Shown one piece after another: positions 28,136-39,179 of a stretch of DNA of 40,995 nucleotides. Position 1 is the first letter of the stretch; each line of letters opens with the position of its first letter. The notes under the pieces are model-generated. The model did no database searches. It worked only from the letters and a program-made list of their open reading frames with translations, and had not been told where the DNA came from. A program made the translations under genes and the position numbers. This stretch comes from an uncultured Alistipes sp. (lineage in GTDB: Bacteria > Bacteroidota > Bacteroidia > Bacteroidales > Rikenellaceae), in the NCBI GenBank assembly GCA_910586375.1, contig CAJUIE010000002.1:1-40995 (forward strand), written 5' to 3'.

Positions 28136-28160
28136 CCCTGCTTAACAAGAAACGGAGATA

Positions 28161-29171
28161 ATGGCTCTTTTCGATATTTTCAGAAAAAAACACGAAGCAA
28201 CTACCCCGGCATCCTCCGACCCAGAAGCCGGGCAGAAGCGCCAGCAAGAGCTGAATGCCGGACTGGCAAAGACCAAAACGGGGCTCTTCTCGAAGCTCTC
28301 ACGTGCCGTGGCTGGACGCTCGACCGTTGACGCCGAAGTGCTGGACGACTTAGAAGAGGTGCTCGTAACCTCGGACGTAGGCGTCGAAACAACCGTCAAA
28401 ATCATCGCTCGTATCGAAGAGCGCGTGGCGCGCGACAAGTACATGAACGCCTCGGAGTTGCAGTCGATCCTGCGTGAAGAGATCGCCGCACTGCTGGAGG
28501 AGGCCCACGGCTCGGAGGCCGGTTTCGGGCTCGACGCACACCCGGGTGAGCCCTACGTAGTAATGGTCGTGGGGGTCAATGGCGTAGGTAAGACCACCAC
28601 GATCGGCAAACTCGCAGCCCAGCTCACCCGCATGGGCCGCAAGGTATGGATCGGCGCTGCCGATACGTTTCGTGCCGCCGCCATCGACCAGCTCGAGGTC
28701 TGGGCCGAGCGGGCGGGAGCTACGCTTATCCGCCAGCAGATGGGCTCCGACCCCGCCTCGGTGGCCTACGACACGCTCGCCTCGGCCAAAGCCAATGGTG
28801 CCGACGTGGTATTGATCGACACAGCAGGACGTCTGCACAACAAAGTCGGCCTGATGAACGAACTCACGAAAATCCGTAACGTTATGGCCAAAGTCATCCC
28901 CTCAGCACCACACGAGGTAATGCTCGTGCTCGACGGCTCGACAGGGCAAAATGCGTTCGAACAAGCCCGGCAGTTCACCGAAGCCACGCAGGTCTCGTCG
29001 CTGGCTATCACCAAGCTCGACGGCACGGCCAAGGGCGGCGTAGTGCTGGGCATCAGCGACCGTTTCCGCGTACCGGTGCGCTACATCGGAATCGGCGAGG
29101 GAATCGACGACCTGCGCATCTTCGATCGCCGGGAGTTCGTAAACGCGCTGTTCGGAGATGAAAAAAATTAA
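28161..29171 (+). CDS. ftsY: Signal recognition particle receptor FtsY
   Basis: [50 protein letters not shown]. Confidence 0.97.
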   Translation: MALFDIFRKKHEATTPASSDPEAGQKRQQELNAGLAKTKTGLFSKLSRAVAGRSTVDAEVLDDLEEVLVTSDVGVETTVKIIARIEERVARDKYMNASELQSILREEIAALLEEAHGSEAGFGLDAHPGEPYVVMVVGVNGVGKTTTIGKLAAQLTRMGRKVWIGAADTFRAAAIDQLEVWAERAGATLIRQQMGSDPASVAYDTLASAKANGADVVLIDTAGRLHNKVGLMNELTKIRNVMAKVIPSAPHEVMLVLDGSTGQNAFEQARQFTEATQVSSLAITKLDGTAKGGVVLGISDRFRVPVRYIGIGEGIDDLRIFDRREFVNALFGDEKN

Positions 29172-30456
29172 CGTCATCACCCTCGGCTGCTCGAAAAATA
29201 CGGTCGACAGCGAGCACCTTATGGCACGGCTGGCCGCTGCGGGCTATAACGTAGTCTTCGACAGCGACCGCACCGATGCCAAGACCATCGTCATCAATAC
29301 CTGCGGTTTCATCGGCGACGCCAAACAGGAGTCCATCGACCTGATATTGCGGGCTGCCGAAGCAAAAAAAGCCGGACGTATCGAACGTTTGTTCGTCATC
29401 GGCTGCCTCTCCGAGCGCTATGCCGACGAGCTGCGCACCGAGATTCCCGAGGTCGACGACTACTTCGGTGCCCGCACATGGGACGGCATCATCCAGGCTT
29501 TAGGCGCCGCAGAAGACGAGGAGCTCGCCACGACCCGCAGGCTCACGACCCCGAAACACTACGCTTACCTCAAGATTTCGGAGGGTTGCAACTGGAAGTG
29601 TGGCTACTGCGCCATTCCGCTCATCCGCGGCCCCCACGTCTCGGTGCCGATGGAGGTACTCGAAGAGGAGGCCCGCAAGCTCGCGGCACAGGGCGTGCGC
29701 GAATTGATCGTCATCGCTCAGGACACTACCTACTACGGCATCGACCTCTACGGCCGGCGAATGCTATCCGAGCTGCTGCGCCGGCTCTGCCGCATTGAGG
29801 GTATCGAGTGGATTCGTCTCCACTACGCTTACCCAGCGGGTTTTCCCGACGACGTAATCGAGACGATGGCCACAGAGCCGAAGATCTGCAAATACCTCGA
29901 TATTCCGTTCCAGCACATTGCCGACAAGCAACTCTCAGCCATGCTGCGCCGCCACACCAAGGCCGAGGCGCTGACGTTGATCGATAAGCTGCGACGGACA
30001 ATTCCCGATCTGGCACTTCGCACGACGCTATTAGTGGGCTATCCGGGCGAGAGCGACGCCGACTTCGCCGAATTAGAAGCCTTCGTGCGCACGGTGCGCT
30101 TCGAGCGATTAGGGGTCTTCGCCTACTCCGAGGAGGAGGGCACCCATTCGGCACTCCGGCTCCGCGACGACGTACCCGAAGAGGTGAAGCAGGAGCGTGT
30201 AGAGCGAATCATGGCCCTGCAACGCGAAATATCGCTCGAAAACAACCACCGCCGAGTGGGCCGCAACGAGCGGGTGATCGTCGACACACGTCAGGGCGAC
30301 TACTACGTCGGCCGCACGCAATACGACTCCCCGGAGGTGGATCAGGAGATTCTGATCCCGACGACGGAAGGGCGGCTGCAACGCGGTCGTTTCTACCACA
30401 TAAGGATCGTTGCGGCCGCAGAGTATGATCTTTACGGCGAAGTAGTGCAGCAATAA
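29158..30456 (+). CDS. rimO: Ribosomal protein S12 methylthiotransferase
   Basis: LGCSKN.VDSE, NTCGFI..AK.ES, KISEGC...C.YCAIP..RG, YLDIPFQH, DSPEVD. Confidence 0.95.
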   Translation: MKKINVITLGCSKNTVDSEHLMARLAAAGYNVVFDSDRTDAKTIVINTCGFIGDAKQESIDLILRAAEAKKAGRIERLFVIGCLSERYADELRTEIPEVDDYFGARTWDGIIQALGAAEDEELATTRRLTTPKHYAYLKISEGCNWKCGYCAIPLIRGPHVSVPMEVLEEEARKLAAQGVRELIVIAQDTTYYGIDLYGRRMLSELLRRLCRIEGIEWIRLHYAYPAGFPDDVIETMATEPKICKYLDIPFQHIADKQLSAMLRRHTKAEALTLIDKLRRTIPDLALRTTLLVGYPGESDADFAELEAFVRTVRFERLGVFAYSEEEGTHSALRLRDDVPEEVKQERVERIMALQREISLENNHRRVGRNERVIVDTRQGDYYVGRTQYDSPEVDQEILIPTTEGRLQRGRFYHIRIVAAAEYDLYGEVVQQ

Positions 30457-30480
30457 AATTTGCGTATTACCGTTCTTTTT

Positions 30481-30562
30481 CGTACCTTTGACTTTGTCTT
30501 GGATACCCCGCTCCGCAAAATGCGACTAAACTTGCTTTTGCTTTCGATTAGTCGTATCTTTG
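30481..30562 (+). repeat. 72-bp promoter-bearing repeat, locus 3 (diverged single unit)
   Basis: CGTACCTTTG at 30481 and CGTATCTTTG at 30553; internal GCAAAATGCGA...TTGCTTTTGC hairpin. Confidence 0.75.
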
Positions 30563-30595
30563 AAAGGGAAACGGAAATTCTTAACCGCAAGTCCT

Positions 30596-30937
30596 ATGGC
30601 CGACAAGAGCGTGATAGAGAGCATCGAAACCCGGATAAGCCGGCTTATCGGGGAACACGGTCGTTTGGCGAGTCTTTGTCAGGAGCTGACAACCCAGCGC
30701 GACGCCCTGCTTCTGGAGAAACGCACGCTCGAAGAACGCAACCGGGAGCTCGACGCTGAAGTGGCGCGGATGCAACTGACCGAAGGCCTGGCGGGCGAAA
30801 GCCGCAACCGGGAAAAAGCGCGCGCACGTGTCAACCGTCTTATGCGGGAGGTGGACAAGTGCATCGCCCTGGTCGGGAGCACCGGACACCCGGCGAGCCC
30901 GGCATCGGAGGAAAACGAACGGGAGAACGAACGATAA
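30596..30937 (+). CDS. Coiled-coil protein upstream of zapA (ZapB-like)
   Basis: Coiled coil ending in L.REVDKCIAL, typical of the Bacteroidota gene preceding zapA. Confidence 0.75.
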   Translation: MADKSVIESIETRISRLIGEHGRLASLCQELTTQRDALLLEKRTLEERNRELDAEVARMQLTEGLAGESRNREKARARVNRLMREVDKCIALVGSTGHPASPASEENERENER

Positions 30938-30951
30938 ACGAACAAAAAAAG

Positions 30952-31251
30952 ATGGCCAAACAGGCGATAACCCTCAAGATAGCCGGCAAGAGCTACCCCT
31001 TTCAGATCGAAAGCGGCAAGGAGGAGGCATACCGTCTGGCCGAACGCGAAGTCAACAGCTACCTCTCCCTCATCAAGCAGCAGAACATCCGGGGCTGGAG
31101 CGAGCAGGACTACCTCGCCATGGCGGCCCTCAAGTTCGCCATAACCAACGTGGGAATCCGCCAGAGCCGCGAGTTGACCGATGACGACCTGGGCCGCCTC
31201 AGCGCCCTTGACCGCAAACTCGACGACTACCTCAACGACCTGAAAGACTAA
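30952..31251 (+). CDS. zapA: Cell division protein ZapA
   Basis: I.LKIAGKSYP..I...KEEAYR.A...VN, D.LAMAAL.FA; context zapA-6S-rny. Confidence 0.85.
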   Translation: MAKQAITLKIAGKSYPFQIESGKEEAYRLAEREVNSYLSLIKQQNIRGWSEQDYLAMAALKFAITNVGIRQSRELTDDDLGRLSALDRKLDDYLNDLKD

Positions 31252-31299
31252 CACCGCAACAGACCCCGGACAACGTTCTTTTACATACAAAGAATCTAC

Positions 31300-31494
31300 C
31301 CGCATAGATTCCTTACAGCTTTGCGAAACTGAACACTTCTTAAATTGGGGCAACTCACGGCGCTTCAAAATCAGGCCTCAACCCCGCAAGGGGTGCCCGC
31401 CCAGTGCGTGCCGGTGGAAGATTGCGATTGTCGGAGCCCCCACACATGACTGATCTTGCAGATTCGTCAAACAAGACTAAGGAATACTATGCGG
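31300..31494 (+). ncRNA. ssrS: 6S RNA (ssrS) candidate
   Basis: About 195 nt closed by CCGCATAG-ATTCCTTA / TAAGGAAT-A-CTATGCGG stem, internal CCCC-GCAA-GGGG hairpin, located between zapA and rny. Confidence 0.7.
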
Positions 31495-31551
31495 TTTTTT
31501 TATGACAAACACACAAGAAACCCTAATATTTAACAAAACACGTAAAATCCG

Positions 31552-33099
31552 ATGTATAACATCATTTTGACAGCCTGCATCTCCGCAGTGGTCGCCGTCG
31601 GAATCTACGCGGTAGTAACAAACCTCGTAGTGAAGACCTCGATCCGCAAACGGCGAGAAACGGCCCTCAAAGAGGCCGAAGCCGAAGCCGAGATGATCAA
31701 AAAGGAGCGAATCCTTCAGGCCAAGGAGAAATTCATGCAACTCAAGAGCGAACACGACCGGCAGGTCAACGACCGCAACCAGAAGATCGCCCAGAGTGAG
31801 CAGCGCGCCCGGCAAATCGAGCAGAACCTCCAGAACCAGCAACGCGACCTGGAGAACAAAATCCGCGAAAACGACCGTCTGAAAGAGCAGATGCAAAACC
31901 AGATGCAGATTCTCGACCACAAAAAGGAAGAGATCGACCAAGTGCGCCGCGAACAGAACGTACGTCTGGAGCAGATTTCGGGCATGAGCACTGAAGATGC
32001 TAAAAACATCCTCATCGAAAACATGAAAGCCGAGGCCAAGACCGAAGCAGCCGCCTACATCAACGAGACCATCGAAGAAGCCAAGATGACCGCTTCGAAA
32101 GAGGCCAAGCGTATCATCGTAGCCTCAATCCAGCGCGTGGCGACCGAGACAGCCATCGAGAACGCCGTAACGGTCTTCAACATCGAAAGCGACGAGGTGA
32201 AAGGCCGCATCATCGGCCGCGAGGGCCGCAACATCCGCGCCCTGGAAGCCGCAACGGGCATCGAAATCATCGTCGACGACACGCCCGAAGCGATCATCCT
32301 CTCGGGCTTCGATCCTGTACGTCGTGAAATTGCCCGTCTGGCTCTCCACCAGCTCGTGACCGATGGCCGCATCCACCCGGCCCGCATCGAAGAGGTTGTG
32401 TCGAAAGTCCAGAAGCAGATCGAAGAAGAGATCGTCGAGGTCGGCAAGCGCACGACCATAGACTTGGGCATCCACGGCCTGCACCCTGAACTGATCCGTC
32501 TGATCGGCAAGATGAAGTACCGCTCTTCCTACGGACAGAACCTCCTGCAACACGCCCGCGAGACGGCCAATCTGGCCGGTATCATGGCCGCCGAGCTGGG
32601 GCTCAATCCCAAAGTCGCGCGCCGCGCAGGACTCCTGCACGACATAGGCAAGGTGCCCGACGACGAGCCCGAACTGCCGCACGCAATTATCGGCATGAAG
32701 CTGGCCGAAAAATACAAGGAAAAAGCCGAAGTATGCAACGCCATCGGTTCGCACCACGACGAGGTGGAGATGTCGTCGCTCATCGCCCCGATTATTCAGG
32801 TGTGCGACGCCATATCAGGCGCACGCCCGGGCGCACGCCGCGAGGTGGTCGAGAGCTACATCAAGCGCCTGAAGGAGATGGAGGATATCGCCCTGTCGTA
32901 CCCCGGTGTGGTGAAGACCTACGCCATTCAGGCCGGCCGCGAGCTGCGTGTAATTGTCGGCGCCGACAAACTTTCAGACCAGGAATCGGAAAGCCTCTCC
33001 CACGACATCGCCAAGAAGATTCAGGACGAAATGACCTATCCGGGTCAGGTGAAGATCACCGTTATCCGCGAGACCCGCGCCGTAGCATACGCCAAATAG
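31552..33099 (+). CDS. rny: Ribonuclease Y
   Basis: N-terminal TM, coiled coil, KH domain [15 protein letters not shown] domain [27 protein letters not shown]. Confidence 0.97.
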   Translation: MYNIILTACISAVVAVGIYAVVTNLVVKTSIRKRRETALKEAEAEAEMIKKERILQAKEKFMQLKSEHDRQVNDRNQKIAQSEQRARQIEQNLQNQQRDLENKIRENDRLKEQMQNQMQILDHKKEEIDQVRREQNVRLEQISGMSTEDAKNILIENMKAEAKTEAAAYINETIEEAKMTASKEAKRIIVASIQRVATETAIENAVTVFNIESDEVKGRIIGREGRNIRALEAATGIEIIVDDTPEAIILSGFDPVRREIARLALHQLVTDGRIHPARIEEVVSKVQKQIEEEIVEVGKRTTIDLGIHGLHPELIRLIGKMKYRSSYGQNLLQHARETANLAGIMAAELGLNPKVARRAGLLHDIGKVPDDEPELPHAIIGMKLAEKYKEKAEVCNAIGSHHDEVEMSSLIAPIIQVCDAISGARPGARREVVESYIKRLKEMEDIALSYPGVVKTYAIQAGRELRVIVGADKLSDQESESLSHDIAKKIQDEMTYPGQVKITVIRETRAVAYAK

Positions 33100-33340
33100 A
33101 ACAGCCCCCTCCGTCCGCTGACGGGGGCAATGACCGGGTGACGGTTCCGGATACGGGCACCGGTCTCCCATCACAAGGCTGTCGCTCGTTGGCTCCGGTC
33201 GGTTTCAGGGAATGTCCGAATTTACAGAGTTATGCCGTCGGCATCGTCTGCTACCGCAACAGACCATAAGGAAGAAACCGAAAATCCGTTAAAAGAGTAG
33301 GTACAATTTAATTTATTGTCAAACTCAAACTTTTTACACT

Positions 33341-33694
33341 ATGAACTGGTTAAAAACCGCATTCAACGTGTTCGTCAACGCTGTTAAGGGTCAGTACTTC
33401 GACTTCAAGGGCCGGACGAAGATGATGGACTTCTGGATGTTCCTGGTGATCTACATCATCATCAACGTCGTCCTGTCGATCGTCGACATGCTGCTGGCTG
33501 CCGTGCTGGGCTTCGCCATCCTGTCGTCGCTCTTCCAGCTGGCCATGTTGTGCCCGCTGCTGGGCATCGGCGCCCGCCGCATGCACGACATCGGCAAGAG
33601 CGGCTGGTTTCAGATTATCCCGCTCTACAACCTCTACCTGTGGGCACAGCCCGGACAGAAGGAGGCCAACAAATGGGGAAATCCCGTGGAATAG
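33341..33694 (+). CDS. DUF805 domain membrane protein
   Basis: YFDFKGR....FW.F, ARRMHDIGKSGW, QPG....NKWG. Confidence 0.9.
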   Translation: MNWLKTAFNVFVNAVKGQYFDFKGRTKMMDFWMFLVIYIIINVVLSIVDMLLAAVLGFAILSSLFQLAMLCPLLGIGARRMHDIGKSGWFQIIPLYNLYLWAQPGQKEANKWGNPVE

Positions 33695-33716
33695 CCGGTT
33701 GACTCATTACAAGGCA

Positions 33717-33752
33717 GAATCCGCCCTTCGTGAGGGGCGGATTCGCTGTTTT
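33717..33752 (+). terminator. Terminator-like hairpin after DUF805 gene
   Basis: GAATCCGCCCTT-CGTG-AGGGGCGGATTC followed by GCTGTTTT. Confidence 0.65.
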
Positions 33753-33806
33753 CCGGGGCTTTGCAAAAACATGCTTCCGGCCCCGATTCCCTTATTTCTT
33801 CATGCC

Positions 33807-34457
33807 ATGGATTCCGAACTCCTGCATTATATCGAAACCTCCATCTTGCCGCGTTACGAGGCGTTCGACGCGGCACATCGTGTCGACCACGCCCGCAGTG
33901 TGATTGCCCGAAGTCTGGAACTGGCGGGCCATTATGAAGTCGACATCGATATGGTCTGCGTCATTGCGGCCTATCACGATCTGGGACTGGTGGACGGACG
34001 CGAACGCCACCACATCCGTTCGGGCGAACTGCTTGCAGCCGATCGCACGCTGCGCCGGTGGTTCAGCGAGGAGCAGATTGCTGTCATGCGCGACGCTGTG
34101 GAGGACCACCGCGCCTCCTCCGACCACGAACCCCGCACGATCTACGGCTGCATCGTAGCCGAAGCCGACCGCTGTATCGACACCACCACCGTAGTGCGAC
34201 GCACAGTACAATACGGTCTGGACCACTACCCCGCACTCACGCGCGATGAGCACTTCGAACGCTGCCGCGAACACCTCCTTCGCAAATATGCCGTCGGAGG
34301 TTATCTGAAATTGTGGATTCCTCAATCGGACAATGCCCGACGCCTCGAAGAGCTGCGGACAATAATTTGTGACGACAAAGCCCTCCGTCGCCTCTTCGAC
34401 AAACTCTACGACGCCGGGCAGTCCTGCCTGACGCAGCCTCACACCGTCGTGCCCTGA
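33807..34457 (+). CDS. HD domain protein
   Basis: D.AH..DH...V, AAYHDLG, HH..S, AVEDHRAS, IVAEADR; start re-called at MDSE. Confidence 0.85.
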   Translation: MDSELLHYIETSILPRYEAFDAAHRVDHARSVIARSLELAGHYEVDIDMVCVIAAYHDLGLVDGRERHHIRSGELLAADRTLRRWFSEEQIAVMRDAVEDHRASSDHEPRTIYGCIVAEADRCIDTTTVVRRTVQYGLDHYPALTRDEHFERCREHLLRKYAVGGYLKLWIPQSDNARRLEELRTIICDDKALRRLFDKLYDAGQSCLTQPHTVVP

Positions 34458-35413
34458 GGAAAATACTTCATATACTGCACCCGTTGGAAAAGATCGTCGC
34501 CCGTACGCCCATAATCCATACGGCCACAAAAATCGTCGAGCGCACCAAAGTCGTGACGCGCAGCCCACTCATCAACAAAGCGGTTGATGGTGCCGATTGC
34601 CTCGAAACCCTGTTCATGGATAGCCGAGCAGAGCTGCACGGCCCGCGCTCCGCACAGCAGCGCCTTGACGGCTGCCGAACCGTCGTGTACCCCCGTAGAG
34701 ACAGCCACGTCGAGCCGCGGAACAGCTGACGAACACAAGGCCGCACTGCGCAGCACATTGCGCAGCTCTGACGGATGGCTGAACGGATCGCCCACCGTAA
34801 ACTTCAGTCGTTCGATGTCGATGTCCGGCTCGAAAAACCGATTGAACAGCACCACCCCCCAAGCTCCACACTCGTGAAGGGTCCGGGCCATAGCTACGAT
34901 ATTGGTCAGGCGCATCGGCAGCTTTACCGCAACGGGAATATCCACGACCCCGCACACCTGTCGCACAACCTCCGCATAACGGCACTCCAGCTCCACAGAG
35001 TCCACATCGGGATCGGTCGGCGCAAAAAAGATATTCAGCTCCAAAGCCGAAGCTCCCGCCGCAGACATAGCCGCGGCATAATCCATCCACCCTTTGCCCG
35101 TCGAAACGCAGTTGATGCTGGCGATAACGGGTACACCCGTAACACGGGCTTCGGTGATGAGGTGGAGAAAATCGAGCTTATAGGCGTCGCTCAAATAACT
35201 TTCGAGGTATTCACCCGAATCGCCCATGCCCTGCGGCACGTAATCATAAGCGACAGCGTGGTGCACCACCTGTTCTTCGAATATCGACTTGAGAACCACA
35301 GCTCCGGCACCCGCGGCGACGCATTTTTCGACGGCGGCTTTCGTAGCCGTATAAGGCGAGCTGGCAACGATGATCGGGGAACGGAGCTCAAGGCCCAGAT
35401 AATGGGTTTTCAT
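34439..35413 (-). CDS. Dihydroorotate dehydrogenase-like (class 1-related) flavoprotein
   Basis: T.YLGL.L.SPIIVASS, GAGAVVLKSIFEEQ, PVIASINC, ALELNI, GVVLFNRF..PDID.E, KALL.GA.AVQ. Confidence 0.88.
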   Translation of the reverse strand: MKTHYLGLELRSPIIVASSPYTATKAAVEKCVAAGAGAVVLKSIFEEQVVHHAVAYDYVPQGMGDSGEYLESYLSDAYKLDFLHLITEARVTGVPVIASINCVSTGKGWMDYAAAMSAAGASALELNIFFAPTDPDVDSVELECRYAEVVRQVCGVVDIPVAVKLPMRLTNIVAMARTLHECGAWGVVLFNRFFEPDIDIERLKFTVGDPFSHPSELRNVLRSAALCSSAVPRLDVAVSTGVHDGSAAVKALLCGARAVQLCSAIHEQGFEAIGTINRFVDEWAARHDFGALDDFCGRMDYGRTGDDLFQRVQYMKYFPQGTTV

Positions 35414-35446
35414 GCGGCAAGGATTTTCCCTCCCCGACCGCGATTT

Positions 35447-36676
35447 TCATGCCACAGACGCAGCCCCCACCTCACTCATGCAACCTCTTGTAACAGCGGC
35501 TGTCCGGTCTTCGAGCGGCCGGTAGTCGCGTGTAGCCATCTCCCAGCACAGTTTTAGCCAGATGATCGCACACGGCAGAGCCTTAAGCGCATAAGGCTGA
35601 ACAAGAGAGACGCGCAGCACCCGCGGGAAGAGGTCAGAGGGCGACATACTGGTGAGGATGAAAGCGAAGATCATCAACGCCACGTCCCACCCCGAACGTT
35701 TCCATGGCGCCGTTACATACCAGATTGCAACACCCAAAAGCGCAATAATATAACCGCTCGATTCACTGCCTGTGCTGAACAACACGACGAAGAGGAGCAC
35801 CGAGGCAAGCAGGGCGTGGCGAAATCCCTCATAACGATACTGCCCGAAACGCAAATAAGGCACGAAGAAGAGCATCAGTCCCGGCACGATGAGCCACAGA
35901 TCGGAATAAGCGACCGACCCGCTGATCTTGCGGACCATGCCCAGCAGTGAAATATTCTGGTGGAAGGCGAAGAGGTTTTCCTGGTTCTTGACCACCAGCC
36001 CCGTCAACCACTCGTAATACTGTCCCACGACATACTCGGGGCTCGTGAAGAGCATCGGTGCGGCAAACAGCACGACCGACCACCCGATCAGGGAGAGGAT
36101 AAAACGCTTTTTGTGTTTCGAGAAGAAGAAAAAGGCCAACCCCACGACGCCGTAAATCTTGACCAGCGTGCCCATGACGATGAGCAGCGTGGCCCACACG
36201 TCTTTCTCCTTGCGGATCAGGCAGAAAGCCCCGATGATAACCGTGGCGATAACGACGTTGAACTGGTTCATGAAGAGGGCCGTGAGCAGCTCGTGGGCGC
36301 AGAACCAGCAGATAAAGGCGTGTTTAGACCGGTCGACGGCCAGCGAACGGATGGCCCAATAAAGCGTCAGAGCCATGGCCACACCCCACAACACAACCCC
36401 CAGACGCACGGGCAACACGGCAAAAGGCGCAATAATGAGACTGAACAAAGGCCCGTAGTGATTGACGTCGTAATACTGATCGGGGTACTCGGCATAAAGC
36501 GACACCCGCTCGATGGCGTGCCAGAAGACGTAACGATAGATAATGAAGTTATTGCACTTGGTCTTGACGATGCCCGCAATAAGCGGAATGAGGAGCCACA
36601 GACCGAACAGAGTGCGATAGTCGCTGAAAAAGGGCTTTCGGACAAAAGCGTCGAGTTTCGCCAGAAGGTTTTTCAT
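35447..36676 (-). CDS. Glycosyltransferase family 87 (DUF2029) membrane protein
   Basis: NNF.IY..VFWH, D.NHYGP.FS..IAPFA, QFN, VKIYG..GLAFF, SESSGYII; start re-called at MKNL. Confidence 0.8.
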   Translation of the reverse strand: MKNLLAKLDAFVRKPFFSDYRTLFGLWLLIPLIAGIVKTKCNNFIIYRYVFWHAIERVSLYAEYPDQYYDVNHYGPLFSLIIAPFAVLPVRLGVVLWGVAMALTLYWAIRSLAVDRSKHAFICWFCAHELLTALFMNQFNVVIATVIIGAFCLIRKEKDVWATLLIVMGTLVKIYGVVGLAFFFFSKHKKRFILSLIGWSVVLFAAPMLFTSPEYVVGQYYEWLTGLVVKNQENLFAFHQNISLLGMVRKISGSVAYSDLWLIVPGLMLFFVPYLRFGQYRYEGFRHALLASVLLFVVLFSTGSESSGYIIALLGVAIWYVTAPWKRSGWDVALMIFAFILTSMSPSDLFPRVLRVSLVQPYALKALPCAIIWLKLCWEMATRDYRPLEDRTAAVTRGCMSEVGAASVA

Positions 36677-36722
36677 CAAATGGGTGTGTATGTCGGATTC
36701 TTCAGTTTTTCGGCAGGGAGAA

Positions 36723-37823
36723 CTACACAAACGGCAAGGCTACAACCTCGGCCTTCACCAGCTTTTCACGGATGATGACGGCGATTTCTGTGCCGGGCAT
36801 AGCATAATCGGAGGCAACATAACCCATGCCGACGCCGATCTTGAGGCAGGGCGACATGGTGCCCGAGGTAACGCTGCCGATCGGCGTGCCGTCAGGGCCT
36901 GCCAGTGCATAACCGTGACGCGGAATGCCTCGCCCGATCATCTTGAAGCCGACCAGACGGCGCGTCACGCCCTCCTTTTTCTGTCGCTCCAGCAGCGGAC
37001 GATCGATAAATTCCTTATCCGCGGCAAACTTGGTGATCCACCCCAGGCCGGCTTCGATGGGCGACGTAGTGTCATCAATGTCGTTGCCATACAGACAGAA
37101 GCCCTTTTCGAGACGCAGCGTATCGCGGGCTCCGAGGCCGATATTCTTCAATCCATACCCGGCGCCAGCCTCCCAAAGCGCAGCCCACAACTTGGGCGCA
37201 TCCTCATTGGCGATATAAATTTCGCAGCCACCGGCACCGGTATATCCCGTAATGGAAAGGATGGCGTCGCACCCGGCCACGCGCATCTTGCGGAACGTAT
37301 AATACTCCATCTCCCCGACCGGCTCGTCGCACATTTTCTGCACGATCTTCATGGCCAGGGGGCCCTGCACGGCAAGTTGACAGATTTCGTCCGAAGCGTT
37401 GTAAAGCTCGTTACCGTGCCCGGCCTGCATACCCATCCGGGCACCCTCGGCGCAGATATGGCTCCAGTCCTTCTCTGTGTTGGCCGCGTTGACCACCAGC
37501 AGGTAGGTTTCGGCGTCGAAGCGATAAACCAGGACGTCGTCGACAATGCCGCCCCGGCCATTGGGCATACACGAATACTGCACCTTGCCATCATAGAGCT
37601 TCGCCACATCATTCGACGTAATGCGCTGCAACAGCGCCAACGCCTTAGGCCCCTTGACCCATATTTCTCCCATGTGGCTGACGTCGAAGACCCCGGCGCC
37701 GCTGCGCACGGTGAGGTGCTCGTCGTTGATGCCCGAGAACTCGATGGGCATATTATACCCCGCAAACTCGGCCATACGAGCCCCGGCAGCAATGTGATAA
37801 TCGGTAAAAGGCGTGGTTTTCAT
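36723..37823 (-). CDS. gcvT: Glycine cleavage system aminomethyltransferase T
   Basis: M.EFAGY.MP, EH..VR...[47 protein letters not shown]. Confidence 0.97.
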   Translation of the reverse strand: MKTTPFTDYHIAAGARMAEFAGYNMPIEFSGINDEHLTVRSGAGVFDVSHMGEIWVKGPKALALLQRITSNDVAKLYDGKVQYSCMPNGRGGIVDDVLVYRFDAETYLLVVNAANTEKDWSHICAEGARMGMQAGHGNELYNASDEICQLAVQGPLAMKIVQKMCDEPVGEMEYYTFRKMRVAGCDAILSITGYTGAGGCEIYIANEDAPKLWAALWEAGAGYGLKNIGLGARDTLRLEKGFCLYGNDIDDTTSPIEAGLGWITKFAADKEFIDRPLLERQKKEGVTRRLVGFKMIGRGIPRHGYALAGPDGTPIGSVTSGTMSPCLKIGVGMGYVASDYAMPGTEIAVIIREKLVKAEVVALPFV

Positions 37824-37910
37824 GATCAAAATGACAATTTATTCAAATGTTTCGGCTCCTCCGGAGCCGCCGTGCCGCAGCCCCGCGCGGCGGAAACTTC
37901 AGCCCGAAAA

Positions 37911-39161
37911 CTACTCTTCGCGGCGCTTAACCCCAAGACGCGGGCAACGACGAAACTCTTTCTCGCGGTCAAAAAGATAGCGATAAGTGGTGTGCACCTT
38001 GTGGCGCTTGGCACAGACATAATTTTCGATCATGCGGTTCATAACAGGGTTGAAGTCGCCGATCCAGGCCAGCTCCAGAGTCTTATAGGGATTACGCTTG
38101 TTGTAGGTGAAATACTCCCAGTATTTGACCATGATAGCCGACTCAACGCCCTTGCCGTGGAACTCAGGCGCAATACCGAAGATAATGCCGAAGATGCGGT
38201 CGCACGACCTGCGGACCTTCAGGTCCCACATCAGACGCAGCTTCTGCCACAACCCGAACTTACCCCGGAATTTGCCGATAAGGCGGTTGAGATCGGGCAC
38301 CGTAATAAAGAAACCGATGGGCTCCTCGTTGAAATAAGCGAAGAAAATGATGTTGGGATCGATGATCGGTTTCATCGTCCGCATCATGTGCAACGCCTCC
38401 TCCTGCGACATGGGTCTGACGCCCGAAAAGAGGGCCCACGCCTTGTTATAAATCACGCGGAAGTTCTCGGCAGCCTCTTCAAGGTTGTCCATGTCGAGCG
38501 TCTCGACATGATAACCCGGCTGGGAGTAGAGCCGCTCAGTGCGTGTAAAGATGCGCTCGCTGGCTTCGGAATCGTTGACCCGCCAGATGAAACTGTGCTG
38601 GTTGAAATAGTTCTTGAATCCGTAATTCTCGAACAACTCTTTATAATAAGGCGGATTATAGGGATTCTTATAAAGCGGCTGAAACTCATACCCCTCAACC
38701 AGCAAACCCCACCAGTCGCGTCGCTGTCCAAAGTTGATCGGCCCGTCCATAGCCTCCATGCCATAGCTCGCCAGCCACATGCGCGCGGCGTCGAAGAGCA
38801 TGTCGGCAACCTCCTGGCTGTCGATGGCCTCGAAAAATCCGCAGCCACCCGTGGGCTGCTCTTCAATCTGGGACTTCTCGCGGTTGTAAAACGCCGCGAT
38901 ACGCCCCACGACCTCGCCCTTGCGATCACGCACCATCCAGCGGATAGCCGCACCGTCAGCGAACAGCTCGTTCTGGGCAGGATCGAAGACCTCCCGCACG
39001 TCGCAGTCGAGTGGGCAGACCCAGTTGCGGTTGCCTTTATAAATTTTTTTCGGCAGATCAAGCCACGCGCGCTCCTGAGCCGGCGTGGAGACCTCCTGCA
39101 ACACATAGTTGCCCGTATCCCTGTTTTGGTTTTCCATATCTTTTTCGACCTGTTTTTTCAT
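37911..39161 (-). CDS. GNAT-fold protein (YghO-like, uncharacterised)
   Basis: W..P, VVGRIAAF, GFFE.ID, DGP.NF, YNPPYY..L.E.YGF, IYN.AW, GI.PEF.GKG, ELAWI...N..M; alternative start 39137. Confidence 0.7.
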   Translation of the reverse strand: MKKQVEKDMENQNRDTGNYVLQEVSTPAQERAWLDLPKKIYKGNRNWVCPLDCDVREVFDPAQNELFADGAAIRWMVRDRKGEVVGRIAAFYNREKSQIEEQPTGGCGFFEAIDSQEVADMLFDAARMWLASYGMEAMDGPINFGQRRDWWGLLVEGYEFQPLYKNPYNPPYYKELFENYGFKNYFNQHSFIWRVNDSEASERIFTRTERLYSQPGYHVETLDMDNLEEAAENFRVIYNKAWALFSGVRPMSQEEALHMMRTMKPIIDPNIIFFAYFNEEPIGFFITVPDLNRLIGKFRGKFGLWQKLRLMWDLKVRRSCDRIFGIIFGIAPEFHGKGVESAIMVKYWEYFTYNKRNPYKTLELAWIGDFNPVMNRMIENYVCAKRHKVHTTYRYLFDREKEFRRCPRLGVKRREE

Positions 39162-39179
39162 GGCACAATTCCGGCTTTA

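Noticed and set aside
33100..33340. Riboswitch or further cassette between rny and DUF805
   Set aside because: Only a short GC hairpin (33104-33128); no recognisable aptamer or cassette similarity
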